A stretch of DNA of 64,000 nt from Clostridiales bacterium (lineage in GTDB: Bacteria > Bacillota > Clostridia > Christensenellales > Pumilibacteraceae), in contig JAFLVC010000010.1 of the NCBI GenBank assembly GCA_022508505.1, forward strand, positions 6,055 to 70,054. The letters run 5' to 3'. A program made the position numbers and the translations under genes. Position 1 is the stretch's first letter. Every line of letters starts with the position of its first letter. The notes under the pieces are model-generated. The model ran no database searches. It was not told the DNA's origin and saw nothing but the letters and a program-made list of their open reading frames with translations. Below, piece by piece: positions 1-9,348 of the stretch.

Positions 1-1
1 G

Positions 2-706
2 GGCAATCCCATATATGCCGAATGGAGCAAGGGCAACGGCAGAGTGGGAAGCTTTATGTGCGATTTGGAGGGTGCTTGGTCGGCAAAGCTTTTTAGTGAT
101 TCGAGCGGAGTCAAGTTCGTAATGAACTCGGTTGCGAGCGTCATTTCCAAAAAGGAGATAACCAATCAAACGGTGTCGGTCGAATTTTCTAAGGAAAACC
201 GCGCCGTGCAGGCGGTTATTCGCGCCGTGCTCGAAGACGGCGAATCGGTTACGGCTAAGCTGATATCGCCGAGCGGCAGCACAAGCGAACTCAAGCTCGG
301 CAAGCTGTCGGCGGCGAGGTTTGCGGCAGCGTTCAAAATGAGTGAGCATGGCGTTTACACCGTGTGCGTAGCAAAGTCGGGCGGCGGCACACAAGAGGAG
401 TACTACGCGTACACATCATTTTCGTATTCCAAAGAGTACGACGTGTTTGCCGACGACGACGAATGCTTTTCGATTATGGAAAGGATAAGCCTCGAGGGCA
501 ACGGCAGCATGCTGTTCCCGGCAGACAAGATTTTCGGCGGACAGAGCGAAACGACTGCCGAAACGGCCGATCCAACAATGGTATTGCTCATAATCTGCGC
601 GGTGCTCTTCCTATTGGATATAGTTGTGCGCAAGTTCAAAATCAAGCTTCCGAGCGAGAGAAGAGAAGAACGCAGGGCGAAAACTTCCGAAGCGGACGAA
701 AATTAA
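2..706 (+). CDS. C-terminal part of a membrane-anchored protein, probably VWA / glutamine-amidotransferase-like domain family; 5' end lies before the window
   Basis: Frame is open from base 2 (GNPIYAEWSKGNGRVGSFMCD), resembling the PLLAxWxYGxGRxxAFTSD motif of such proteins; C-terminal TM helix MVLLIICAVLFLLDIVVRKF followed by a basic tail. Confidence 0.55.
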   Translation, partial: GNPIYAEWSKGNGRVGSFMCDLEGAWSAKLFSDSSGVKFVMNSVASVISKKEITNQTVSVEFSKENRAVQAVIRAVLEDGESVTAKLISPSGSTSELKLGKLSAARFAAAFKMSEHGVYTVCVAKSGGGTQEEYYAYTSFSYSKEYDVFADDDECFSIMERISLEGNGSMLFPADKIFGGQSETTAETADPTMVLLIICAVLFLLDIVVRKFKIKLPSERREERRAKTSEADEN

Positions 707-746
707 GGTAAACGACACTGCGACTCCACAAAAATCGGAGGAAATC

Positions 747-3700
747 ATGAAAAAAAGAAACGCGATATTATCATTCTTGACGGCGCTCATTATAGCGGTG
801 TTTTCGGCGTCGCTCTCGGCGTGTGCCGATAGGGCGGAAGTGCCGACTGTCAGCGAGCCGCCACCCGTGTTTTCGCTCGATAAAACGCATATCGAGCTTA
901 CCGTCGACGGCAACCTCGAAATGCTGACGCTGTCGGTTGCAAACGTGGATGACGTAATAGAATGGAAGTCGGCAAACCCCGCCGTCGCAACCGTTACGGT
1001 AAACCAGACGGCGGCAAACAGGGCAACGGTTCGCGCGGTAAGTAAAGGGCAGACGGTAATAAGCGCGGTAGCGGGCGAATACATAGCAGTTTGCACGGTA
1101 AAAGTCAATCCGCCGATTACTTTGGAACTTCTCACGCCGACATTGTCGCTTCTTTCGGGAACGACGGGCAGAATAGAAGTCGAAACGGACGCAGAGGCGC
1201 TTACGTACACTTCGGATAACCGCGGCGTCGCTACGGTCAACGATAACGGCTTGGTGTCGGCAATAGCGGGTGGCACGGCGCGAATAACGGTTGCCGTCGC
1301 GGGCGGCGGAAAGTCGGTAGTTTGCACGGTTACGGTCATAGAACCGTACGTAAGGCTTGACACCGACGAAGTGTTTTTAATGCTTCAAGAAGGGTACGAC
1401 ACCTATCGGCTCACCGCAGAATCGAACGGCGATATCGAGTGGAATTCGAACAATAAAGAAGTAGCGACTGTAGAGGACGGTCTTATAACCGCGCGTTCGG
1501 TCGGCACCGCAAAGATTACGGCAAGCTACGCTTCGGCAACGGCCGAGTGTACAGTCAAGGTCAAGAGCGAGATTTTGACGGTGGCGCTCAGCGAAACGGC
1601 GCACACCTTGCAGCCGGGCGACACATTCACTCTAATCGCGACGATATCTCCCGAGCAGGAAGGGGACGACGCAAATGTCACTTGGAGCGTCGTAAGCGGC
1701 GAAAACCTCGTGTCGGTCGACAGCGACGGCAATGTAACCGCAAATGACAACAAAATGTACGGCAACGCGGTAGTTCGCGCTACGAGCGTAAAGGATCCCG
1801 ACTACTACGCCGACTGTGTAGTGACTGTACCCGATCCGTACGGCGATTGGCTCGTCATTTCGGATATGGCGTCGTTTGAAGCGGCGTTCAAGTCAGGCAA
1901 CGAAAATAAGAATATGTATCTTACAAGCGACATCGACCTCGACGGCGCGACCGTATCGAGCTCGCTCGGAACGTACAACGGCACGATTGAGGGGCGCGGG
2001 TACACGATAAGCAATTTCACCACAGGCAAGCTGTTCGGTAGTGTGGGCGAAAAAGGCGTAATCAAACAGCTCGGCATATCGTGCACGGCAAAGGTCGGCT
2101 CGAATGAGGGTTTGTTCGGGTTAGAGATGAAGGGTAAGGTCGAAAACTGCCGTTTGGAAATATCTATTGAGTCGCCCGGCAACGAGCGTTCGGTGTTCGG
2201 ACGGAACGGCGGCGCAACCACTGCGGTATCCAACACCGTATTGCTACTCCGCAATCTTTCAAGCTCAAACAACACGAGCGCCGGATTCGTTCAGGGCGGC
2301 GCGGGCACATGGAAAAGCGTGTACTACGCCGTCTACGAAGGTAAGTTTACTGCAAACGGCCCGACGCTTAAGACGGATGCAGAGCTGAGGTCGGCAGACC
2401 TTTATGCCGACTTCGACAGCGATATTTGGTACATAGTCGACGGCGAGCTTCCGCAGCTTGCGAGCGAGTACAGACCGGGCATGCTCAAAATCAAGCTCGA
2501 CAGAGAGAGTACCGAACTTTTCGTCGGCGAGGAGCAAAAGCTCACCGCGACGGTTACGCCCGCAAGCCTTTCTGACGACGACAGGGCGGTTACTTGGGTT
2601 AGCGGCGACGAGAGCGTATTCACCGTTTCGGGCGGCGTCATTCGCGCCGTAAAAGCGGGCACAGCGACGCTCACAGTCAGGTCGGTGCTCGAGCCCGACA
2701 AGACGGCAACCTGCACCGTCACCGTAAAAGCTATCGAAATATCGATAGACACGGCGGTTACGGAAATGCGCTCGGGCACTCAAAAACAACTCACCGCGTC
2801 GGTCAACCGCGGCGGCTATACCTGGGAGAGCTCGAATAATTCGGTTGCTACCGTCAGCAGTAGCGGTCTTGTCGAAGCGGTCGGTACGGGCACCGTCACG
2901 ATAACAGTGCGCTCGACGCTCGATCCCACTGTTACCGACAAGGTTACAATCGAAGTAAAAGACAAAGTACAGATATCGGTCAATATTTCCGACAAGGCGC
3001 TTAGCCTCGACCGCGACGACTCGGCAAAGCTAACGGCTACGGTCGTAAACTCAGACATGGGCGTAACCTGGTCGTCGAGCAATCCCGCAGTGGCGTCGGT
3101 AGACGATTTCGGAAACATCACCACGCACGGCATTGACGGTACGGCGGTGATAACCGCAACCGCAGTCGAGGATGACGGCGGCGGCAATCATGCCTCGGCG
3201 AGCTGCACGGTTACGGTGCAGTACGTTGCGGTTACCGTGTCGGCAATCGGCGAGCTTGAACTCGAATTGCAGGCGGGAAATTCAATAAGCCTTTCCGAAC
3301 TTGCGACGACCAACAAAGGGAGTCTCACCGCGACCGTCACGAGCGGCGACGGCGTCGTCAAAATCGAAAGCGGCGCAATCAAGGCGGTTGCGGAGGGCAC
3401 GGCGACCGTTCGCATTTCGTCGAGCGTGTCGTACGAAGACCATCCGTCGCCGTACGTCGACATAACGCTCAACGTGTTCATGCCGGCTATCGAAATAAGC
3501 CTCAATGCGACGCGTTACTCTACGGGACTGACGAGCACGACGCTTTCGGTGCTCTTGAGCCTCATGCCGGATTCACCGTCGGCGGGCGATATCACATGGT
3601 CGTCGAACAACACAGCGGTTATCGACGGCATAACGAGTGGCGTAGCTTCGGGCGCTTACACGGGTACATTCACGCCCAAGGCGTACGGCTTTGCGACGGT

Positions 3701-4490
3701 TACGGCGAGCTACACCTTGAACGGAAGAGCTTACACCGCTTCATGCGATATAGAGGTGTTTAATCCCAACGGCGCAAAACCCATTTCCACAGTCGACGGC
3801 TTAAGGTCGGCGCTGTCGACGCCAAACGGCAATTATTACCTCGCGTGCGACATCGATTTCGGCGACACTGTGTATACGACGTCGTTTGCCGGAACGGTAG
3901 TAAGCGTCACTGTCGACGGCAGAGGTTATTCGTTAAAGAACATCACGACAAACTTCACCGCCAACGAGATCGGGTTTATCAATATGCTCGACGGACTTAC
4001 GACGCTCAAGAATATATCGTTTGTAGGCTTCGATATCGGCGGAACTCTCATGTACGGCGGACTTATCGGAAGCATTACCGGAAACGCCGGCATCGAAAAC
4101 TGCTATTTTGAGGGAATAATTTCGGCGCGCAGGGCAAACGAGTCGTATGTAGGAACAATCGGCACAATACACCCGACTCCCAATAGGGTTGAAAACTGTG
4201 TGTTCAGCGTCGGCTTCGGCGACGGCGCGCTAGATTCGGTAAACGCCAACGCTAATCCCAAAGTGATCGCCGGCAGGTGGTTCGGCGGTACGATGAAGGC
4301 GTTTGTAAATTCGACGGCGATAGGCGGTGCAAAAGTACTCATCGCGCCTTTAAACGGGCAGGAAAAGTACGGCGAAGCGCTCAAAACGGAGGACGCACTC
4401 AAATCCGCTTCCACCTACGACGACAGCTGGTCGGGCTGGGTGACAGCGGACGGCGAGCTTCCTCGCATTCGCACCGGCTGGGACGATTGA
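747..4490 (+). CDS. Large surface lipoprotein (1247 aa) with about 9 Ig-like Big_2 domains and two copies of a GLUG-like/beta-helix passenger region
   Basis: GGAGG at 737-741, ATG at 747; signal peptide MKKRNAILSFLTALIIAVFSASLSA-C (lipobox); repeated 'WxSsnxxVATVxxxGxvtAvxxGtatIta' units; two 'YLxxDIDlxg...GxGYti' regions each ending 'LKT..aLkSA.tY......W....GELP'. Confidence 0.85.
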   Translation: MKKRNAILSFLTALIIAVFSASLSACADRAEVPTVSEPPPVFSLDKTHIELTVDGNLEMLTLSVANVDDVIEWKSANPAVATVTVNQTAANRATVRAVSKGQTVISAVAGEYIAVCTVKVNPPITLELLTPTLSLLSGTTGRIEVETDAEALTYTSDNRGVATVNDNGLVSAIAGGTARITVAVAGGGKSVVCTVTVIEPYVRLDTDEVFLMLQEGYDTYRLTAESNGDIEWNSNNKEVATVEDGLITARSVGTAKITASYASATAECTVKVKSEILTVALSETAHTLQPGDTFTLIATISPEQEGDDANVTWSVVSGENLVSVDSDGNVTANDNKMYGNAVVRATSVKDPDYYADCVVTVPDPYGDWLVISDMASFEAAFKSGNENKNMYLTSDIDLDGATVSSSLGTYNGTIEGRGYTISNFTTGKLFGSVGEKGVIKQLGISCTAKVGSNEGLFGLEMKGKVENCRLEISIESPGNERSVFGRNGGATTAVSNTVLLLRNLSSSNNTSAGFVQGGAGTWKSVYYAVYEGKFTANGPTLKTDAELRSADLYADFDSDIWYIVDGELPQLASEYRPGMLKIKLDRESTELFVGEEQKLTATVTPASLSDDDRAVTWVSGDESVFTVSGGVIRAVKAGTATLTVRSVLEPDKTATCTVTVKAIEISIDTAVTEMRSGTQKQLTASVNRGGYTWESSNNSVATVSSSGLVEAVGTGTVTITVRSTLDPTVTDKVTIEVKDKVQISVNISDKALSLDRDDSAKLTATVVNSDMGVTWSSSNPAVASVDDFGNITTHGIDGTAVITATAVEDDGGGNHASASCTVTVQYVAVTVSAIGELELELQAGNSISLSELATTNKGSLTATVTSGDGVVKIESGAIKAVAEGTATVRISSSVSYEDHPSPYVDITLNVFMPAIEISLNATRYSTGLTSTTLSVLLSLMPDSPSAGDITWSSNNTAVIDGITSGVASGAYTGTFTPKAYGFATVTASYTLNGRAYTASCDIEVFNPNGAKPISTVDGLRSALSTPNGNYYLACDIDFGDTVYTTSFAGTVVSVTVDGRGYSLKNITTNFTANEIGFINMLDGLTTLKNISFVGFDIGGTLMYGGLIGSITGNAGIENCYFEGIISARRANESYVGTIGTIHPTPNRVENCVFSVGFGDGALDSVNANANPKVIAGRWFGGTMKAFVNSTAIGGAKVLIAPLNGQEKYGEALKTEDALKSASTYDDSWSGWVTADGELPRIRTGWDD

Positions 4491-4496
4491 ACGAAA

Positions 4497-4523
4497 AAAG
4501 CCTCGACGTCATATCGAGGCTTT
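4497..4523. terminator. Bidirectional intrinsic terminator between the convergent Big_2 lipoprotein gene and the small ORF
   Basis: AAAGCCTCGA-cgtcata-TCGAGGCTTT hairpin, A-run before and T-rich tract after. Confidence 0.8.
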
Positions 4524-4529
4524 GCCTTT

Positions 4530-4655
4530 TCAGTCGCAAACTTTTTCTTTGGCCGCGTCGAGCACGCGTTCGGGAATATTGTCGGCTTGCATTTTTTTGT
4601 ACGCCACGGCGCCTGCGATTGCGCCGATAGCCATGCCCCAAAGCAGTTGTTTCAT
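4530..4655 (-). CDS. Small 41-aa single-TM protein (MKQLLWGMAIGAIAGAVAYKKMQADNIPERVLDAAKEKVCD), YtxH-like N-terminus; not in the ORF track
   Basis: GGAGG 5 nt before ATG on the minus strand; GxxxGxxxG hydrophobic helix; ends at the bidirectional terminator; sigmaG-like promoter upstream. Confidence 0.75.
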   Translation of the reverse strand: MKQLLWGMAIGAIAGAVAYKKMQADNIPERVLDAAKEKVCD

Positions 4656-4670
4656 ACACACCTCCGCATT

Positions 4671-4700
4671 TAGTTTGCGTGGCGGCGGCGTGCGTTATTC
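4671..4700 (-). promoter_or_regulatory. sigmaG/sigmaF-like forespore promoter for the 41-aa ORF
   Basis: GAATA-N18-CAAACTA on the minus strand versus B. subtilis sigmaG consensus GHATR-N17/18-CATWHTA; the same two boxes precede dacF. Confidence 0.55.
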
Positions 4701-4769
4701 GGAACATATAAATAATTTTGCAAATAAATAAAAAATTTGATAAAAACACTATCAATATTTTTGCGGTTG

Positions 4770-4778
4770 TGGTATAAT
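4770..4778 (+). promoter_or_regulatory. Extended -10 sigmaA promoter, 6 nt before the ruvX GTG (leaderless)
   Basis: TGgTATAAT at 4770-4778; no Shine-Dalgarno before GTG 4785. Confidence 0.6.
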
Positions 4779-4784
4779 CAAAAG

Positions 4785-5630
4785 GTGAAAACAGACGGCG
4801 TAAAGCTTCTCGGCGTCGATTTCGGGTTAAAGCGAGTGGGGCTCGCGGTGTGCGACAGCATGCACATCTTGGCTACGCCGCTCGAACCGATTGCGACAAA
4901 GTCGATGCGAATATCAATAGACCGCGTCGCCGATGTTGCGAAGTCGCAGAATGTCGGCGGAATAGTCGTAGGGCTTCCGCTCAACCTCGACGGCACGGAG
5001 TCTGTTCAGTCGGGCAGAGCGCGAGCGTTTGCCCGCAACCTCGAAAAGGTGACGGGGCTCATGGTCGAGCTTTTCGACGAGCGGCTGACTACGGTCGAGG
5101 CGGACGAGCTATTAAGAGAAGCGGGCGTAAAAAAAGCGTCCGACAGGGCAAAGCTCGTCGACAGCATGGCCGCCAAGGTTATTTTACAAAGCTATATTGA
5201 CAATAATAAACAAACGGAGAGTAATATGCAGGACAACAACGAAAAAGACGTCGAGGTTTTTGACGACGAAGAAGTGATCACGCTAACCGATGACGCTGGC
5301 AATCCCGTCGACTTCTACGAGGTGGCGTGCATCGAGTATAAGGGCGAGTTCTACGCACTTATGCAGCCCGTCGAGCCGATGGAAGGTCTCGGCGAGGACG
5401 AAGCGCTGATATTCAAGGTGCGCGAAGAGGACGAGGAAAACGACGTGTTCGAGCCGGTGTACGACGAGAGCGTCATGGAAGCGGTCTTTAACGAGTACCT
5501 CAACGCAATGGCGGAAGCGGGCGATTGCTGCGACTGCGAGGATTGTTGCGGACATCATCACGATCATGATTGCGACTGTGGCGACGACTGTGACTGCGGT
5601 TGCGACGACGACTGCGACTGCAACAAATAG
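4785..5630 (+). CDS. ruvX: RuvX/YqgF pre-16S rRNA nuclease fused in frame to a DUF1292 protein with a Cys/His/Asp-rich tail
   Basis: LLGVDFGLKRVGLAVCD, VVGLPLNLDG, FDERLTT, VDSMAAKVILQSYID (YqgF motifs), then without a stop 'VITLTDDAGNPVDFYEVACIEYKGEFYALMQP' (DUF1292); internal GGAG + ATG at 5226. Confidence 0.85.
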   Translation: MKTDGVKLLGVDFGLKRVGLAVCDSMHILATPLEPIATKSMRISIDRVADVAKSQNVGGIVVGLPLNLDGTESVQSGRARAFARNLEKVTGLMVELFDERLTTVEADELLREAGVKKASDRAKLVDSMAAKVILQSYIDNNKQTESNMQDNNEKDVEVFDDEEVITLTDDAGNPVDFYEVACIEYKGEFYALMQPVEPMEGLGEDEALIFKVREEDEENDVFEPVYDESVMEAVFNEYLNAMAEAGDCCDCEDCCGHHHDHDCDCGDDCDCGCDDDCDCNK

Positions 5631-5677
5631 TAGTTTAATGTAACGCAAGCTGTGCTCGGTTGCAGTAAAGCAAATGC

Positions 5678-5913
5678 GAGTGGCGTTTAGTAATTTACAA
5701 CTATGCGCCATTCGTCAGGCGTAACGCAAAACGAATAGCGGCAGTTATACACGACATAAATCCAATCTGCGATCGGTTGCGAAAAAGCATAGGTGAGTGG
5801 CGTTAAGCAATTTACAACGACACAAAGCAAATCCGAGTGGCGTTAAGCAATTTACAACGACACGCTACTATTCGGGTGTAACAAACAACGAATCACTAAA
5901 GTAAACACACGAC
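5678..5913 (+). repeat. Intergenic repeat family, locus A: two ~117-bp units, the second with an internal 40-bp-period duplication
   Basis: GAGTGGCGTTAAGCAATTTACAACGACAC identical at 5795-5823 and 5835-5863, degenerate copy at 5678; boxes (A/G)GG(C/T)GTAAC and ACACGAC at 5749-5755 and 5907-5913. Confidence 0.85.
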
Positions 5914-5960
5914 GATAAAAAATCTTGCATACTTCTTTTTGAAGAAGTATTGGAAAATGG

Positions 5961-5989
5961 TTGCGTTAAGGGTTTTGTTGTGTTATAAT
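5961..5989 (+). promoter_or_regulatory. sigmaA promoter of the rpsB-tsf operon
   Basis: TTGCGT-N17-TATAAT with extended TG. Confidence 0.75.
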
Positions 5990-5996
5990 AAGGTCA

Positions 5997-6075
5997 ATAC
6001 TCACCCGAGTATTTTTCTGTGCGCGGTAAATTTTTTCATGCCGCGTGTCGCTCGGGGCGGTAAAACGGAGATACC
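5997..6075 (+). promoter_or_regulatory. Structured rpsB 5' leader (probable S2 autoregulatory element)
   Basis: CCCGAG...CTCGGG outer stem and GCGCGGTA...TGCCGCGT inner stem between promoter and SD; position matches known rpsB leaders. Confidence 0.55.
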
Positions 6076-6921
6076 ATGGCAAATATCATCACGATGAAAC
6101 AGCTTCTCGAAGCGGGCGTTCATTTCGGTCATCCCACGCGCAAGTGGAACCCGAAAATGAAAAAGTACATCTACGTATCGCGCAACGACATCTACATCAT
6201 CAACCTCGAAAAGACGGTTGAGATGATAGACAAGGCGTACACGTTCGTTAAGGACGTAGCGGCGCAGGGCAAGTCGATACTCTTTGTCGGCACCAAGAAG
6301 CAGGCTCAGGAAGCGATCATGCAGGAAGCGCAAAAGTGCGGCATGTACTATGTCAATTCGCGCTGGCTGGGCGGCACGCTGACAAACTTCCAAACGATCA
6401 AGACGAGGATCGAGCGTCTCAACAAGCTCAACCTCATGGAAAAAATGAACGAGTTCGCGCTCCTTCCCAAAAAGGAAGTGTTGAAGCTCAAGGCAGAGCG
6501 CGATAAGCTCGAAGAAAACCTCGGCGGCATCAAGGACATGCGCACGCTTCCCGGTGCGCTGTTCGTCGTCGACCCCAAGAAAGAGCACAACGCCGTAATG
6601 GAAGCGCATAAGCTCAATATTCCCATCGTCGCTATCGTCGACACCAACTGCGATCCCGACGAGATTGACTATGTCATTCCCGGCAACGACGACGCTATCC
6701 GTGCAATCAAACTTATTGCCGGCGCAATGGCTGACGCCGTTATCGAGGCGCGCGAGGGCGAGGAAGGTCTTGCGGCTCGCCGCGCTGTGGAAGCGCAGAT
6801 GAAGGCCGAGGCGGAAGCGACAAAGCCTCCCGTCGAAGTGGTTGAAGAACCCGCTACGCAAGAGCAGCTCGAAAAGCTCGCGGAAACCGCAGGCGCGGAA
6901 GAAGCCCCCGTCGAGGCGTAA
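6076..6921 (+). CDS. rpsB: 30S ribosomal protein S2
   Basis: [40 protein letters not shown]. Confidence 0.98.
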   Translation: MANIITMKQLLEAGVHFGHPTRKWNPKMKKYIYVSRNDIYIINLEKTVEMIDKAYTFVKDVAAQGKSILFVGTKKQAQEAIMQEAQKCGMYYVNSRWLGGTLTNFQTIKTRIERLNKLNLMEKMNEFALLPKKEVLKLKAERDKLEENLGGIKDMRTLPGALFVVDPKKEHNAVMEAHKLNIPIVAIVDTNCDPDEIDYVIPGNDDAIRAIKLIAGAMADAVIEAREGEEGLAARRAVEAQMKAEAEATKPPVEVVEEPATQEQLEKLAETAGAEEAPVEA

Positions 6922-7044
6922 TGGCAAATCTATACACGGCAACACGGTTTTGCCGTGCGTAAAAAGTGCCTAAATCGGCACGGATAATCGAAAAATCACG
7001 ATAATCAAAAATAATAAATAAGCAGATATGCAAGGAGTAACAAA

Positions 7045-7980
7045 ATGGAAATTACGGCAAAGGACGTAGCAAAGCTAAGAGATATAACCGGCGTCGGCAT
7101 GATGGCGTGCAAAAAGGCACTCATCGCCACCGACGGCGACATTGATAAGGCGTGCGAATACCTGCGCGAGCAGGGCATGTCGATCGCCGCGAAAAAGGCG
7201 TCGAGAATCGCCGCAGAAGGCGCAGTAAAGGCGCACATTTCAAAGGACAAGCATACGGGCGCACTTGTAGAGGTCAACTGCGAATCGGACTTCGTCGCAA
7301 AGAGCGACGTGTTCGTAGACCTGTGCGACAAGATCGCGACCGCCGTTGTCGACAACAACGTCACGGACGTCGACGCATTGCAGTCCGTCAAGGTTGAGGG
7401 CGGCACGATCGCCGAGCTCATCACCAACGCGACGGCAAAGACGGGCGAAAAGATATCGCTCCGCCGCGCAGTCATACAGAGCGGAAAGGACGTCGTCGAA
7501 GAGGCGTACATTCACATGGGCGGCAAAATGGGCACGCTCGTCGAGATTAAGTGCGAGGGTCTCAAGGCGGAAGCGGTGGGCGACGTCGTCACCATGGCGC
7601 ACGACGTGGCAATGCACATCGCGGCGTTCCAGCCCACGTACGTAAGCAAGGCGGAGGTTCCGCAGGAAGCGCTTAACAAAGAGCGCGAGATAATAACCCA
7701 GCAGCTCAAAAACGATCCCAAGCTCGCGAACAAGCCGGAGATGGCGCTCGCAAAGATCACCGAAGGTAAGCTCGGCAAGTTCTACGAAGAGAACTGCTTG
7801 CTATATCAGGCGTTTGCAAAGGATCCGTCGATAACGGTCGAGCAGCTCGTAGCGCAGACCGCCAAGACCGTAGGAGCAAAGCTCGAGGTTTTGCGTTTCT
7901 CGAAGTTCGTCATGGGCGAAGGTATCGAAAAGCGCTCCGACAACCTTGCCGAAGAGGTCGCCAAGCTTTCCGGCAAATAA
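7045..7980 (+). CDS. tsf: Elongation factor Ts
   Basis: LRDITGVGMMACKKAL, KKASRIAAEG, EVNCESDFVAK, VAMHIAA. Confidence 0.97.
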   Translation: MEITAKDVAKLRDITGVGMMACKKALIATDGDIDKACEYLREQGMSIAAKKASRIAAEGAVKAHISKDKHTGALVEVNCESDFVAKSDVFVDLCDKIATAVVDNNVTDVDALQSVKVEGGTIAELITNATAKTGEKISLRRAVIQSGKDVVEEAYIHMGGKMGTLVEIKCEGLKAEAVGDVVTMAHDVAMHIAAFQPTYVSKAEVPQEALNKEREIITQQLKNDPKLANKPEMALAKITEGKLGKFYEENCLLYQAFAKDPSITVEQLVAQTAKTVGAKLEVLRFSKFVMGEGIEKRSDNLAEEVAKLSGK

Positions 7981-7988
7981 GTAATCGT

Positions 7989-8025
7989 AAGTCGGCTTGC
8001 CGCAGTTGCGACGAGCCGATTTTCT
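7989..8025 (+). terminator. Probable intrinsic terminator after tsf
   Basis: AGTCGGCTTG...CGAGCCGATT stem followed by TTTCT. Confidence 0.55.
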
Positions 8026-8058
8026 ATATAACAGGGCTTTTCCCGAAGTAGGAGCAGT

Positions 8059-8754
8059 ATGTATAAGAGAATTCTATTAAAGCTCAGCGGCGAGGCGCTC
8101 GCGGGTCCGAGCGGCACGGGCATCGATCCCGAAACGGTCGACATGGTCGTCTGTCAGCTCGTACAGCTCGCCAAAAGCGGCGTGGAAATCGCGATTGTAG
8201 TCGGCGGCGGCAACTTTTGGCGCGGCAGACAGGGCGTCGCTATGGACAAGGTGACGGCAGACCACATGGGCATGCTCGCGACGATAATGAACGCACTCGC
8301 ATTGCAGGACGCAATCGAAAAAAAGGGCGTGCCGACGAGAGTGCAGACGGCACTTTCCATTCCGGCGGTCGCAGAGCCGTTTATACTGAGAAAAGCTCTT
8401 CGGCACTTCGAAATGGGTCGGATTGTCATACTCGCTTGCGGAACGGGCAACCCTTACTTTACTACCGACTCGGGCGCAGCGCTGAGGGCTGCGGAGATTA
8501 AGGCGGACGTGCTTCTCATGGCGAAAAACGTCGACGGCGTTTACGACAGCGATCCCAAAACAAATAAGAACGCGAAAAAGCTTGACGAACTGACGTACAT
8601 GGACGTCATCAACAAAAACATCGCCGTCATGGACTTCACTTCAGTCACAATGTGCATGGAAAACAGGATACCTATTGTAGCTTTCGGACTCGCCGAGAAA
8701 AACAGCATAATCCGCGCTGTAAACGGCGAAAGAATAGGTACTATAATTCATTAA
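8059..8754 (+). CDS. pyrH: UMP kinase
   Basis: YKRILLKLSGEAL, VVGGGNFWRG, DHMGMLAT, GTGNPYFTTDSGAALRA. Confidence 0.98.
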   Translation: MYKRILLKLSGEALAGPSGTGIDPETVDMVVCQLVQLAKSGVEIAIVVGGGNFWRGRQGVAMDKVTADHMGMLATIMNALALQDAIEKKGVPTRVQTALSIPAVAEPFILRKALRHFEMGRIVILACGTGNPYFTTDSGAALRAAEIKADVLLMAKNVDGVYDSDPKTNKNAKKLDELTYMDVINKNIAVMDFTSVTMCMENRIPIVAFGLAEKNSIIRAVNGERIGTIIH

Positions 8755-8784
8755 ATTGACAAAAATCAATAAGGAGAAATATTT

Positions 8785-9348
8785 ATGCAGAACGAAACGC
8801 TCATAGAACAGTCGAGCAAAATCGACGGAAAGCTTGACAAGGTGATAGAACATCTCAAATCGGAGCTCAATTCCATGCGCGCAGGCCGCGCCAATCCGGT
8901 GGTGCTCAGCCGCGTAACGGTCGATTACTACGGAATGCAAACGCCGCTCAACCAAATGGCAAATATTTCGGTCGCAGATGCGCGCACGCTCGTTGTGTCG
9001 CTTTACGACGTGTCGGCGCTTCAGTCCGCCAAAAAGGCGATAATCGCCGCCGATCTCGGGCTCAACCCCGTTGACGACGGAAAGGTGATTCGTCTTGCGT
9101 TCCCGCAGCTTACGGAAGAGCGCCGCAGAGACCTCATAAAACAGGTCAAAAAGGTGGGCGAGGACAGCAAGGTCGCGCTCCGCAATGAGCGCCGCGACGC
9201 GCTCGACGCGGGAAAGCGCATCAAGAAAGACATTTCGGAAGACGAGTACGCCGAATACGAAAAGGTAATTCAGAAAAAGCTCGACGGCGCGATCGAGAAG
9301 GTCGACAAGCTCATCAAGGAAAAGGAAACTGACCTGCTTGAAATCTGA
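8785..9348 (+). CDS. frr: Ribosome recycling factor
   Basis: RAGRANP, VDYYG, LGLNPVDDG, PQLTEERR, RNERRDA. Confidence 0.97.
   Translation: MQNETLIEQSSKIDGKLDKVIEHLKSELNSMRAGRANPVVLSRVTVDYYGMQTPLNQMANISVADARTLVVSLYDVSALQSAKKAIIAADLGLNPVDDGKVIRLAFPQLTEERRRDLIKQVKKVGEDSKVALRNERRDALDAGKRIKKDISEDEYAEYEKVIQKKLDGAIEKVDKLIKEKETDLLEI

Noticed and set aside
624-746. Longer N-terminus of the Big_2 protein given by the ORF track
   Set aside because: It overlaps the upstream gene; the SD and signal peptide start at ATG 747
4399-4755. 118-aa minus-strand ORF in the track
   Set aside because: No SD, Arg-rich nonsense composition, crosses a terminator; the 41-aa ORF in another frame has the SD and promoter
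5795-5863. Repeat core as an integron attC site (GTTAAGC / GCTTAAC)
   Set aside because: The GTTRRRY and RYYYAAC boxes are in the wrong order for attC, and no integrase is present; kept only as a loose analogy
5930-5950. Palindrome ATACTTCTT-TTTG-AAGAAGTAT upstream of the rpsB promoter and a similar one at 16602-16617 as a shared operator
   Set aside because: The arm spacing differs (8 versus 10 nt between TTC and GAA); may simply be A/T-rich UP-element sequence; too weak to report separately
6935-6957. Hairpin between rpsB and tsf as a terminator
   Set aside because: The stem is present but has no U-tract; more likely an mRNA stability or processing hairpin
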